Shown: positions 10,022 to 19,682 of the stretch, piece after piece
Position numbering within the stretch: position 1 is the stretch's first letter
Layout: every line of letters starts with the position of its first letter
From: an uncultured Desulfosarcina sp.
GTDB lineage: Bacteria; Desulfobacterota; Desulfobacteria; Desulfobacterales; Desulfosarcinaceae
NCBI GenBank assembly: GCA_963674945.2
Contig: CAXXWQ010000003.1
Location: 1,696,001-1,760,000, forward strand
DNA length: 64,000 bases
Reading direction: 5' to 3'
Position numbers and translations under genes: made by a program
Notes under the pieces: generated by a model
Told to the model about the DNA's origin: nothing
The model's database searches: none
Seen by the model: the letters and a program-made list of their open reading frames with translations, nothing else

Positions 10022-11077
10022 TTATCTATTAAGATTAATCCATTGAAGTTTATCGTTGATTAGCCCTTGCAATTGTAAATCGGTCAAGACCTTCAATCTC
10101 ATAAATCGTGATTGACGGAAATTGGTATCCTTAAATCTCATCGATTCTAAACCATCTTTCAATTCTTTTATGGTTGTGATGATATCAAATTGTGGTTGAT
10201 GAGATGGCGCGAGCCTCTTAAACAGATCGAAATTGACACGATATGAGCGTTTATCTGGTTGGGCTTTCTCGTTTATTGAAATCTTCACGTCTGGAATTAC
10301 CTTGGCAACCGCCTCTGCCAGATCTCTAACCTGGTAGTTCCATTCAGCGCAGCCCACATTTACCGCCAAAAACGTTCCACCGTTTGATATATCCCGCGAT
10401 GCAGCCCAATCAATTGCTCTGGCCATATCCTTAACGTTTATCAAAGGTCTCCATGGACTCCCATCACTTAAAATCGTAATCTGTTTTGAGGCGACGGCAC
10501 CAGCAACAAAATCGTTTAACACAAGATCCAGACGCAATCGTTCACTCATTCCACATGCCGTCGAAAATCTGAGACAAGTTATTTTGAATGACTCGTCTGC
10601 AAGTCCTGCCAATGCTTTTTCACTGTTCACTTTTGATTTTGCATAGGCCGTCAAAGGGTTAAGTTGTGAGGACTCATCTTTGGCACTCTCTTCTGCACTG
10701 CCATACATGCTGCAGCTAGATGCATAGACAAAAGCCTTAGCCCCCGACTCCTTTGCTTTTTTTGCCAAATTGATACTTGAATTGTAATTAATGTCAAAGG
10801 TGACATCTTCAAATTTATTTCCCATGGGATCATTTGAGATTGCGGCAAGATGAATTACAGCATCAATGCCTTCAAATATCTCATTTGGCAGGTTTCGCAT
10901 GTCCGCGAAATATTGGATATCTAACTTGCATTCCGGAAGGGTTGTCTCATTTGTTAAGCAATTAGCAAAATACCCCATATCAAGCCCTACTAAAACAGCA
11001 TTCGGATAAAGTGCCCTGAGATGTTTTACCAAATAAGGTCCAACATACCCCATATTTCCTGTGATTAGGTATTTCAT
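10022..11077 (-). CDS. NAD-dependent epimerase/dehydratase (extended SDR)
   Basis: ITGNMGYVG, HLAAISNDP, YAKSK, LRLDLVLN. Confidence 0.88.
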   Translation of the reverse strand: MKYLITGNMGYVGPYLVKHLRALYPNAVLVGLDMGYFANCLTNETTLPECKLDIQYFADMRNLPNEIFEGIDAVIHLAAISNDPMGNKFEDVTFDINYNSSINLAKKAKESGAKAFVYASSCSMYGSAEESAKDESSQLNPLTAYAKSKVNSEKALAGLADESFKITCLRFSTACGMSERLRLDLVLNDFVAGAVASKQITILSDGSPWRPLINVKDMARAIDWAASRDISNGGTFLAVNVGCAEWNYQVRDLAEAVAKVIPDVKISINEKAQPDKRSYRVNFDLFKRLAPSHQPQFDIITTIKELKDGLESMRFKDTNFRQSRFMRLKVLTDLQLQGLINDKLQWINLNR

Positions 11078-11152
11078 CGGTTTACCCCATTTATATAATG
11101 TCAATTTTTAACGAAAACTTTTTCATAAAGTTTGAATATAAAATAAATGATT

Positions 11153-11932
11153 CTATTTCTTCCATATTTTCCAGGCAGGCTTCGGAGACGCCCACAATTC
11201 CTCTAGATACATTTTATCCCTTAAAGAATCCATGTTTTGCCAAAATCCGTAATGTCGATAGGCTGTAAGTTTGCCATCCCTTGCCAACCGTTCCATTGGC
11301 TCTTGCTCCCAAACGGAAAGGTCACCTTCGATGTAATTCATTATTTCGGGTTCTAGGACAAAAAATCCACCATTTATCCACGCTCCATCTCCTTTTGGCT
11401 TTTCCTTGAATGCTGTTATCTTGTCTTGATCTTTGTCCAGTTTAAACGCACCAAATCGCCCGGGAGATTGGACGGCGGTTAAGGTAGCAAGTGAGTTTTG
11501 TTTTCTATGAAAAGAAATTAGGTCATTGATATTTAGATCTGTTACGCCATCACCGTATGTAAGGCAAAATGTATTGTTTCCGATATAATCCTTGACACGT
11601 TTTATTCTACCACCGGTCATAGAATTTTTCCCCGTATCCACCAATGTGATTTTCCAAGGTTCTGTCTCACTTTTATGAACATGCATCTCATTATTTCGCA
11701 AATCAAATGTGATATCAGAACAATGGAGTGCATACCGAGAAAAGAACTCCTTTATGATATGCCCTTTATACCCGAGACAAATAATGAATTCGTTCAGTCC
11801 ATAGGTTGAGTAGATTTTCATTATGTGCCACAGGATCGGTTTATCGCCAATTTCCACCATCGGCTTTGGCCTTACCCCTGTTTCCTCAGCAAGCCTAGTA
11901 CCATAACCTCCTGCTAAAATAACCGTTTTCAC
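11153..11932 (-). CDS. rfbF: Glucose-1-phosphate cytidylyltransferase
   Basis: ILAGGYGTRLAEET..PKPMVEIG, TGGRIKR, LTYGDG, WINGGFF; GTG start behind GAGGTG RBS. Confidence 0.93.
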   Translation of the reverse strand: MKTVILAGGYGTRLAEETGVRPKPMVEIGDKPILWHIMKIYSTYGLNEFIICLGYKGHIIKEFFSRYALHCSDITFDLRNNEMHVHKSETEPWKITLVDTGKNSMTGGRIKRVKDYIGNNTFCLTYGDGVTDLNINDLISFHRKQNSLATLTAVQSPGRFGAFKLDKDQDKITAFKEKPKGDGAWINGGFFVLEPEIMNYIEGDLSVWEQEPMERLARDGKLTAYRHYGFWQNMDSLRDKMYLEELWASPKPAWKIWKK

Positions 11933-12506
11933 AATACACCTCACTTATCAATTGTATTATCCGTCTTATATAGCTCCGCCTTCTCAGTTACAGAAAACAA
12001 AGTATGGATAAAAAAAATGGTATTGGACGCATGGTTTTTCTGTCCTCCAACACCGATGACAGACATAATGCCTTATCGTGCCCTTCTGTTATCCATGGCA
12101 TGGATCCGATAAAGACAAGAATGTTATTTATTTACAACAGATTAAATATTGATCACATATAGAACTAACACCCCTAATTAAAATAAAACTAATATAACTG
12201 TTTATAAATTATGTATCAATGTTTTTAGCCTGTGACCATTAAACATTATTGATCTTTGTGTTTCTAACCGCCCCACGGTTACTATCGGCCCTAAAAACCA
12301 AAACAAAAGGCCAATGTTTTTTTTTTGGCCATTCCATTACTGGTAGTTTTATGATCCGGTTAAAAGAGCGATTTCGGAATGATCGTTCCTGGCAAAGGGG
12401 GACCGAATGCTGCTACACATAACTGTCTTAGAAAAAACATCGGATAATGTCTTATTCCATCGAAGAGGGTAATGATTTGAAAATTTGTATTTTATTGAAG
12501 GACTAT

Positions 12507-12540
12507 AAAGAAAAGGGGCGGTTTCGTGCCACCGCCCCTT
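12507..12540 (-). terminator. Rho-independent terminator downstream of the LamG/PKD gene
   Basis: Minus strand AAGGGGCGGT-GGCACGAA-ACCGCCCCTT followed by TTCTTT. Confidence 0.8.
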
Positions 12541-12594
12541 GTTTACATCATTTGAATTTTTCAGGTAAGAAATTTTATCGTATTTCGTTTTCCA

Positions 12595-14730
12595 TCAGAA
12601 TATCGTGCTAATGAAACAAGAGCCGTCGTCATCGTCGCCGGCAGGGGCAACAACGTTCGTAACGGTAATCACGACGGTATCGATGTCGGAGTCACCGTTT
12701 GCATCGGTAACGGTTAATTGAAAGGTCAGATCGACGGTTTCATCCACCTGCGGCGCGGTGAAGGAAGGCGTTGCCGTGTCCTCGCCGGTAAGGTCATCCG
12801 GTGTCACACCCGTGGAGTCCGTCTGTACCCAAGCATAGGTGGCGATAGCGGCAGTCCCTGCAGTTGATCCGCTGCCATCGAGATTCACGGTGTCGCCTTC
12901 GTTTACCGTGAGGTCATCACCGGCATCGGCAACCGGGCCGATGGTGGCGTCGGTAACGGCAACGCTGACGGTATCGGTGCTCGACTGACCATCGCTGGCT
13001 GTGACGGTCAGGCGGAAGGTCAGCGTCTCACCCGCAGCATCGACGTCCGGTGCGGCGAATGTGGGCTGGGCCGCAGTTGCGTCACTCAGCGTTACGGTTG
13101 TGCCGACCGTCTGTTCCCACAGATAGGTGATGGTGGTGCCCGTGTACCCGGGTGCGGATGCGCTGCCGTCCAGGGTCACCGTGCTGCCCTCGGCGATGTC
13201 GGGCTGATCGGTACCGGCGTCGGCGGTGGGTGCGGGGCGCAATGTCTGCACGCCACCGCCACTTGAACCGGCGGTGTAGTGAGAACTGATCTCAGTTGCC
13301 TCGAGCGCCCGATCGTACAGTGCAACCTCGTCTACCGAACCGGCGAATCGGAAAAAGGGTGACCGCGCGAGATAACCGATGTTCAAACTCGCAGATGCCG
13401 AGTCGAACCCGACCGGAAAAGACTCATTCACGCTGCTGCCCTGCACTGCGCCATCGACATAAAGCGTGTTGTCATCCGTTGCGGCATCCCGAACCGCCAC
13501 GACATGGTGCCAGTTTCCGTCACTCAGGCTCGCGCCGACACCAACCAGATTGGCAACACGGCCATAGGGATCTTGCAGGTAAAATGATGCGTTGCCGCTG
13601 GAGGACGCCAGCCCAACCCACCACTGCATACCGGAAAGGGCATCATCCCGGCCGATGATCACCTGCTCGCTGGCGGGTGAAACGGCGCCATCGGTTTTCA
13701 CCCAGCATTCGATGGAAAAGCTTTTGAATCCAAGCCATCCGAAAGCACTGCTCGCAGTAACGTCGATCCCCTGGTCCGTTCCATTGAAAGATTGGGCTCC
13801 GTTGACCCTGCCGGAGACAACCGGCGAAGGATCGGCACTTCCGGTACCGTCGTGATCCCCGATGTGGTCTACATAGGTCGAACCGCCTGCTTCGTCAAGA
13901 TGCCACAATGCAACGGTGTCATCCGGATAAGGCGCATAGCTGTAAGTTATACCACCACAATAGTCGGTACCTGCCAATCCGGCGGTGTATTGACTCTGAA
14001 TCTCGGTTTGTGGAAGCGCCCTTCCATAGAGGGCAACCTCGTCCACTATCCCGGCAAAGTGATAATAGGGCGATCGATCGAGATAGCCAACGTTTATGGA
14101 AGAAGTCAGAGAACCGAAGCCGGCCGAAAACGCCTGGGTCACGCTGCTGCCTTGGACGGCCCCGTCGACGTAGAGCATGTTTTCGTCTGTGGAGGCGTCT
14201 CGAACCGCCATGACATAATGCCAATCACCATCGCTCAGACTCGCGCCGACACCAACCAGATTGGCGACGTTGCCGTCTGCGTCTTGAAGATAAAAAGAGG
14301 CATTGCCACTGCTAGATTGAAGACCGATCCACCATTGCATACCGGTGGAAATATCATCTCTGCCGATGACCACCTGCTCACTGGAAGGCGAAACCGCACC
14401 GTTCGTTTTTACCCAAAATCCAATAGAAAAACTCTCGGTGCCGAACCAATTGTATGCGTGATGTGGGGGGATATCGATTTTTGTTGTTGACCCATCGAAA
14501 CCCGCGGCATTTTTAATTATCCCGGTTTCGGTCGTCAGGCTGCCATCACCGACACCAGTACTCCCTTTGATATCGTCTTTGTATCCACCACCGGGATTTG
14601 GTTTATCCAGCTTCCAATAACCAATGATGTTTTCCGGGCAAGCTGCCAACCCCATGCCCGTTCCCATTACGGTAAAGCCTAAAACTGTCATGACAACAAG
14701 AGCAAGCATAAACGTTTTTGATTTCTTCAT
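12595..14730 (-). CDS. Secreted protein with two LamG-like jellyroll domains, two PKD/Ig-like domains and a C-terminal CFI motif
   Basis: Signal peptide; two WH..AVRD..LYVDG..VDEVALY units; PxADAG..VTLDGS repeats; ends GDDDDGSCFISTIF. Confidence 0.85.
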   Translation of the reverse strand: MKKSKTFMLALVVMTVLGFTVMGTGMGLAACPENIIGYWKLDKPNPGGGYKDDIKGSTGVGDGSLTTETGIIKNAAGFDGSTTKIDIPPHHAYNWFGTESFSIGFWVKTNGAVSPSSEQVVIGRDDISTGMQWWIGLQSSSGNASFYLQDADGNVANLVGVGASLSDGDWHYVMAVRDASTDENMLYVDGAVQGSSVTQAFSAGFGSLTSSINVGYLDRSPYYHFAGIVDEVALYGRALPQTEIQSQYTAGLAGTDYCGGITYSYAPYPDDTVALWHLDEAGGSTYVDHIGDHDGTGSADPSPVVSGRVNGAQSFNGTDQGIDVTASSAFGWLGFKSFSIECWVKTDGAVSPASEQVIIGRDDALSGMQWWVGLASSSGNASFYLQDPYGRVANLVGVGASLSDGNWHHVVAVRDAATDDNTLYVDGAVQGSSVNESFPVGFDSASASLNIGYLARSPFFRFAGSVDEVALYDRALEATEISSHYTAGSSGGGVQTLRPAPTADAGTDQPDIAEGSTVTLDGSASAPGYTGTTITYLWEQTVGTTVTLSDATAAQPTFAAPDVDAAGETLTFRLTVTASDGQSSTDTVSVAVTDATIGPVADAGDDLTVNEGDTVNLDGSGSTAGTAAIATYAWVQTDSTGVTPDDLTGEDTATPSFTAPQVDETVDLTFQLTVTDANGDSDIDTVVITVTNVVAPAGDDDDGSCFISTIF

Positions 14731-15400
14731 TACCAAAAATCCCTTTTTTTTAGGTTTTAGCCACGATCTGTGACTGATAATAGATAAACAGAAACGTTCC
14801 TCTGCTTCTTACACCAACAACATCTCCCAAACATACCCAAACATTAAATCGTTAACCTACTTTTATCGAAATATTACAAAATTTCAGATTGGTGTCAACA
14901 ATGATGTCGGAACGAGACTGACTAATATTAAAGTTAATTTGACGATTTCATCATCTACTTGAAAAACAGATATTTCATTTGGCGATGCGGCTGAACTTCT
15001 CCAGTGCAAGAGTATTAATTGACCTTGGATTCAATCCTGGTTAGGTTGCTGTGGTCATCTGGACCTCAACGGGATTACATCGTATCGAGTAGATGGAAAC
15101 CCTGTAACAATTGGCATGCAAGTGATCTATATAAAATTTTCACCAACCTTGCCTGAAAATGAGTATCTATTTACACATTTGCTTTGGAATGAAGCATTCT
15201 CACCACCCAACCATGCAAAAACAACATCCCATGGCGATGCACCCGGATCATACCACACGCCCCATCGGTCAATGGCGGGCCGTTTCAGGGAACTATCTAA
15301 TTATATGATTAATAGTTTATTTTCTTCATCCTGCTGGCCTCGAGCGGAAGTTCAGCTTTGGCAAACATTTTTAATTAGTCTTCCGGCGAATCCTCTGATA

Positions 15401-15417
15401 TTGGCCTGATCCTTGCT
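15401..15417 (+). promoter_or_regulatory. Candidate sigma-54 (-24/-12) promoter
   Basis: TTGGCCTGATCCTTGCT = GG-N10-GC with TTGC; points toward 15761 gene. Confidence 0.55.
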
Positions 15418-15760
15418 GTACAGTCAGGCAGTCAACGGGATCGCTTTCACCGGTTGGCAGGTGTCAGCGAACAATCGGTGTTTTATCAACGGCGGGGGAT
15501 GATATCACGGACAGAGCCGGATCAAACATCCCAAGCATGGGCATGGATGAAAAAAACGGAACCAAAGCCAATTTGATTACGATTCCCTGCCGTTTGCCGC
15601 ACTCGTATCTTGACAGGTGTTGTTTTTACAATTATCTAGTCGAGTATCTATCATATGATAAAGATGCAGCAACCTTTTTTGGCCCACAGCAATCGCCGAT
15701 TATCTAAAAAAGCTGGGGTTAAGGTTAAACCTCGCTAGGCGCATCGAGAAGGGAACAAAA

Positions 15761-17896
15761 GTGAAACGTCATCGTACTTTCCAGATCGCCATATGGATTT
15801 CGTTTTTTGCCATGATCTTATATGGTTGTGGAGGAGGTGGAGGCTCTACAACCAGTAATCCGGAAAACATCAAACCGATCGCCGATGCAGGCGAATCAAA
15901 GATCGTTCAGCCCGGAACAGAAGTCATCCTGGATGGATCACTAAGCCACGACGATGATGGTGAGATTGTTTCCTACAAATGGGTACAAACAAACGGCTCC
16001 GCTGTCACCCTGATCGATGCGGATCAAGCGTCGGCCCGGTTCGTTGCACCCGAAACCCAAATCAGGGAAAGTTTGGATTTTGAACTCACCGTTAAGGACA
16101 ATGCCGGTGCACTCGCCAAAGATATTGTACCGATCACCGTGAACCTGACACCCATTGTCGACGCCGGCACGGATCAGTCACTGAATATCTCGACACCCAA
16201 CGTCGCCAATATCGTTCTGAACGGTTCCGCCATGGATAACGACGGCACCATTGAAGCTCACGAATGGGTCCAGATCGCAGGCGATACGGTAACCTTAATG
16301 GGCGCCGACACGCCAAGGGCCTCGTTTAGCGTTCCTGCGGTGACGCAGGCCTATACTTTCAGCTATACGGCGACTGACGATGATGGTGTGCAAGCGACCG
16401 ATACGGTGTCCGTCTATATCACCCAAATCCTTGTTTCGGATTCATTTACAGACACTTCGGGTTGGGGTGCCGTATGGACGATAAAAAATGATACGGCGTA
16501 CTGGACGGTAGATGGAGGACAGCTGTTTCAACGCAACTATGTGGATGGCGTACAACTGTCATATCAAACCGGGACGTATGCGGTTTTGGCGTATCCCCCT
16601 GTTGCCTTGCCCTCTTCCTACCGTTTCAGCGTCGATATCACGCCGATTCCCAACAACGGTTATGGTGATACGGAAGGCAACGATGTCGGCATCATGTTTC
16701 AATATGTGGATGCAAACAACTACTATCGTGTATCGATGAATGCCAGGAACGGTTTCACACGATTCGAAAAACGCAGATACGGCAGTTTCCAGACGTTGGC
16801 TGTGAATTCAATCGGTTATATAGAGAACCAGACCATTACCATGACGGTGGATGTCAGCGGCAACAAGATTTTCGTCTTGATCGATGGAGACCCGATCTTT
16901 TCGATGGTGGATCCCGATCCACTCACCGGTACCGTCGCCCTTTATTGTCAAGACGGCACCAGATTCGATAACGTGTTAATCACCGACAGTTCGCTTGCAC
17001 CGATGGCGGCAATTTCAACCCCCCTTGCCTATTCCATCGCCCTCACGCCTGATGCAGGAAACACGCTCGATGTCGAAGCCGTCGTAATGAACAAACCCTC
17101 CGGTGCCGATGTCTATTTTGATTTGGATGGCGGCAGCGAAATCGTGGCGGCCGAGACGGGAGGCTATTACACGGCCCGGTTTTCCGACGTAACCGACGGG
17201 AATCATGATGTAACCGTCATCATGAGAGATGCGAGCGGCAAAGAGATCAGTGCCGATGTAAATTCAACGGTCGGCGTCGGTGGTGACTATTATGTCACGC
17301 TGGGAGACAGTATTACCAACGGCGAGGGAGACGGTTTTTCAGGCAACAACGATTCCGCCGACGGGAGAATCGTCGCCAGGCAAGGATATCAGGCTGTTCT
17401 GGCCGATGAACTGACGTCCGCAACCGGCCGGCCGCACATCGTTTTCAACGAAGGTCTCGGCGGAGACACCGCAGCCGGATTGCAAAGCAGAATCATCTCC
17501 ATCCTGGAGCGCCACCCAAAAGCCAACAAGATTCTCATGATGATTGGAACCAACGATTCCAGTGCGGGAATTACCGCCGATAATTATGAAACCAGTGTTC
17601 GAGCCGTTGCCAATACCATTGCCAATGTTTACGGCAAGCAGTTGTGGATCGCAAAACCGCCACCCACCCACATATACGGAAGTACCACGGTCTTTGACTA
17701 TTCCAGAAACGCAGTCATCGAACTGTACAACCAAAGAATTAACGAGATCGCAACCGATGGGATTTACCCCGATACGCAACTGGGACCGAACTTCTATACG
17801 TTATTGACCGCTTCCTATTATTTCAATGATTATCTACACCCCAATGATACCGGTTATCAGAAGATGGCATATGAATGGAGCCTGCGCCTGCCGTAA
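15761..17896 (+). CDS. Lipoprotein with PKD/Ig-like domains, lectin-like jellyroll and C-terminal SGNH/GDSL esterase
   Basis: Lipobox LYGC + Gly linker; PIADAG repeats; LGDSIT, GTND, DYLHP motifs. Confidence 0.85.
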   Translation: MKRHRTFQIAIWISFFAMILYGCGGGGGSTTSNPENIKPIADAGESKIVQPGTEVILDGSLSHDDDGEIVSYKWVQTNGSAVTLIDADQASARFVAPETQIRESLDFELTVKDNAGALAKDIVPITVNLTPIVDAGTDQSLNISTPNVANIVLNGSAMDNDGTIEAHEWVQIAGDTVTLMGADTPRASFSVPAVTQAYTFSYTATDDDGVQATDTVSVYITQILVSDSFTDTSGWGAVWTIKNDTAYWTVDGGQLFQRNYVDGVQLSYQTGTYAVLAYPPVALPSSYRFSVDITPIPNNGYGDTEGNDVGIMFQYVDANNYYRVSMNARNGFTRFEKRRYGSFQTLAVNSIGYIENQTITMTVDVSGNKIFVLIDGDPIFSMVDPDPLTGTVALYCQDGTRFDNVLITDSSLAPMAAISTPLAYSIALTPDAGNTLDVEAVVMNKPSGADVYFDLDGGSEIVAAETGGYYTARFSDVTDGNHDVTVIMRDASGKEISADVNSTVGVGGDYYVTLGDSITNGEGDGFSGNNDSADGRIVARQGYQAVLADELTSATGRPHIVFNEGLGGDTAAGLQSRIISILERHPKANKILMMIGTNDSSAGITADNYETSVRAVANTIANVYGKQLWIAKPPPTHIYGSTTVFDYSRNAVIELYNQRINEIATDGIYPDTQLGPNFYTLLTASYYFNDYLHPNDTGYQKMAYEWSLRLP

Positions 17897-17959
17897 AATC
17901 CTTATTTTCATATTGAATTGAACTCTACCGGTTTTTTATTGCACGCTAACATGGATGAA

Positions 17960-18006
17960 TCGGACGGATTCGTAAAAAAACCGAGATCAAGGATTGCGAA
18001 TCCGTC
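17960..18006. repeat. Truncated copy of the palindromic repeat element at 23599-23763
   Basis: TCGGACGGATTCGTAAAAAAACCGAGATCAAGGATTGCGAATCC closely matches the left part of the 23.6-kb element; GACGGATTCG/CGAATCCGTC forms a hairpin. Confidence 0.75.
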
Positions 18007-19099
18007 AAAATTCGTTAATGGCATCCACCAACTGCCGGAGCCGCCCAAAATCACGGTTGTTGAAATCGATAACGAGGCGTGACAATTGGTCCAATTCCGG
18101 TTCGTCCGCCTCCTCCGCAAATGGACCGGTCTGCCGCATGTCTCCTCCCGGGACGAGGATGTCGGAAAAATCCTTCCGAAGCATCGCTATTTGCTCCGGT
18201 TCGAGTCGGCCGGATATCCGAATGACCAGTCGGCCGTTTACGTATCGTAGACTATGGTACCGCGCGTAAAACCTTCGTATGACATCAATGGCGTCGTCAG
18301 GGTTGTCCACCCGATCAATGAATCCGAAATCGTCATGGGATATGTAACCGTGGCTGGACAACTCATTTTCCAAAAACTGCAGTAGCCGATCCCAATAGGT
18401 GCCATCAGGCATATCAACGAGAATCAGGGGAAGCGGATAACGCTTTCCCGTCTGAAGAAGCGTAATGGATTCCATGGTCTCATCCAGCGTTCCGAAACCG
18501 CCGGGAAACAATACCACCGCGTCCGCCTCCTTTAGAAAAGCAACTTTGCGGTTGAAAAAGTATTTATAGGAGATATAGCGCGGATTTCCCACCAGGATGG
18601 GATTGGGTTTCTGCTCGAACGGGAGACGGATATTGACACCAAAGGAGTGGTCCGGCCCCGCACCTTCGTTGGTCGCCTGCATAATTCCCGGGCCTCCCCC
18701 TGTGATCACCATGAAACCGGCATCGGCCAACTTCTCCCCCAAAGACCGGGCCAGACGATACAAGGGATCGTCCTTTCGTATACGGGCTGATCCGAATATG
18801 GTCACCTTGCGAACGGTCCGATAGGGTCCGAAGACTTTGGCCGTAAAACGCATCTCCTTCATGGACGAATTCATCAGCTTGAGATCCGCACGGCCTTGGT
18901 TTTCCTGTCCGGCCTTAAGTCCGGCCAGAATGATTTCACGTACGATATCCTTGTGAAGGATCCCCCCTGCCCTGGCCATCAGATCGTCGATCAGATCGTC
19001 CACGGGTCCGTTGGTATGGGTAAAGCGCAGTTTTACCGTTTTTTGAATCCCGTCGTTGCCACTTTTCGCCATTATCACCGCCCTCTGGTTTGTTCCCAT
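18005..19099 (-). CDS. LOG family nucleotide phosphoribohydrolase-like protein, long form
   Basis: VTIFGSAR, ITGGGPGIM, LPFEQ, YFFNRK, PGGFGTLDE. Confidence 0.9.
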   Translation of the reverse strand: MGTNQRAVIMAKSGNDGIQKTVKLRFTHTNGPVDDLIDDLMARAGGILHKDIVREIILAGLKAGQENQGRADLKLMNSSMKEMRFTAKVFGPYRTVRKVTIFGSARIRKDDPLYRLARSLGEKLADAGFMVITGGGPGIMQATNEGAGPDHSFGVNIRLPFEQKPNPILVGNPRYISYKYFFNRKVAFLKEADAVVLFPGGFGTLDETMESITLLQTGKRYPLPLILVDMPDGTYWDRLLQFLENELSSHGYISHDDFGFIDRVDNPDDAIDVIRRFYARYHSLRYVNGRLVIRISGRLEPEQIAMLRKDFSDILVPGGDMRQTGPFAEEADEPELDQLSRLVIDFNNRDFGRLRQLVDAINEF

Positions 19100-19316
19100 G
19101 TCAACTGGCCAGTGCGACAGCCGGTAATGCTTTTTTCCTTCATGGCGCCTTGGCCTTTGTCTGCAATCAATTTACCCGAATCCGTATAGTAACCGTTTTT
19201 CCCGATTTCGCAAGAAATTACAACCACCTGTTTTATTTTCTCACCTGTTTTATTTTCACGAAAAATGGTTATTTTTTACCTGGTTAGAGTCTTGTACATG
19301 GGAAAGGAGGTGTAAG

Positions 19317-19682
19317 ATGCGGCTTTCCCGATTTACCATTGCCGGCAACCTGTTGACACTTGAAATCCACTCTGACATACGAAAAAAACGTTTTGAGGCA
19401 ATATGCAAGGATATGGAAAAGGCCATTGCCGCCATGGGAAGAGTTCGTCTCGTTCTCGTGATGCGGCACTACCCTTCGTTCAACAGTGCAGAGGATTTTT
19501 ATGATGATTTGCGATTTTTACGCCTTTACGACCATGCCATTGAAAAAGTCGCCGTTGTATGCGACCGGTTTTGGAAAGACACCTGGGTCGGAATCTTCAG
19601 TTTGTTCAGCGGCATCCCGATGGAATTTTTTGAATTAACGCAGCTTGACGAGGTCTCCCGGTGGATTCAAGACAAAAATTGA
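19317..19682 (+). CDS. SpoIIAA-like (STAS/SEC14) domain protein
   Basis: GRVRLVL..DDLRF..IEKVAVVCD..W..FF..A/V..WI pattern; AGGAGG RBS. Confidence 0.75.
   Translation: MRLSRFTIAGNLLTLEIHSDIRKKRFEAICKDMEKAIAAMGRVRLVLVMRHYPSFNSAEDFYDDLRFLRLYDHAIEKVAVVCDRFWKDTWVGIFSLFSGIPMEFFELTQLDEVSRWIQDKN

Noticed and set aside
12091..12105. Palindrome ATCCATG-G-CATGGAT upstream of rfbF
   Set aside because: Could be an operator, but it is a single short instance with no convincing second copy or cognate regulator
15116..15409. 97-aa ORF or riboswitch in the 1-kb intergenic region
   Set aside because: No RBS or motif; no c-di-GMP or other riboswitch consensus recognised
15610..15638. Sigma-70 promoter TTGACA-N17-TATCTA
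   Set aside because: Perfect -35 but weak -10; not distinguishable from chance without start-site data
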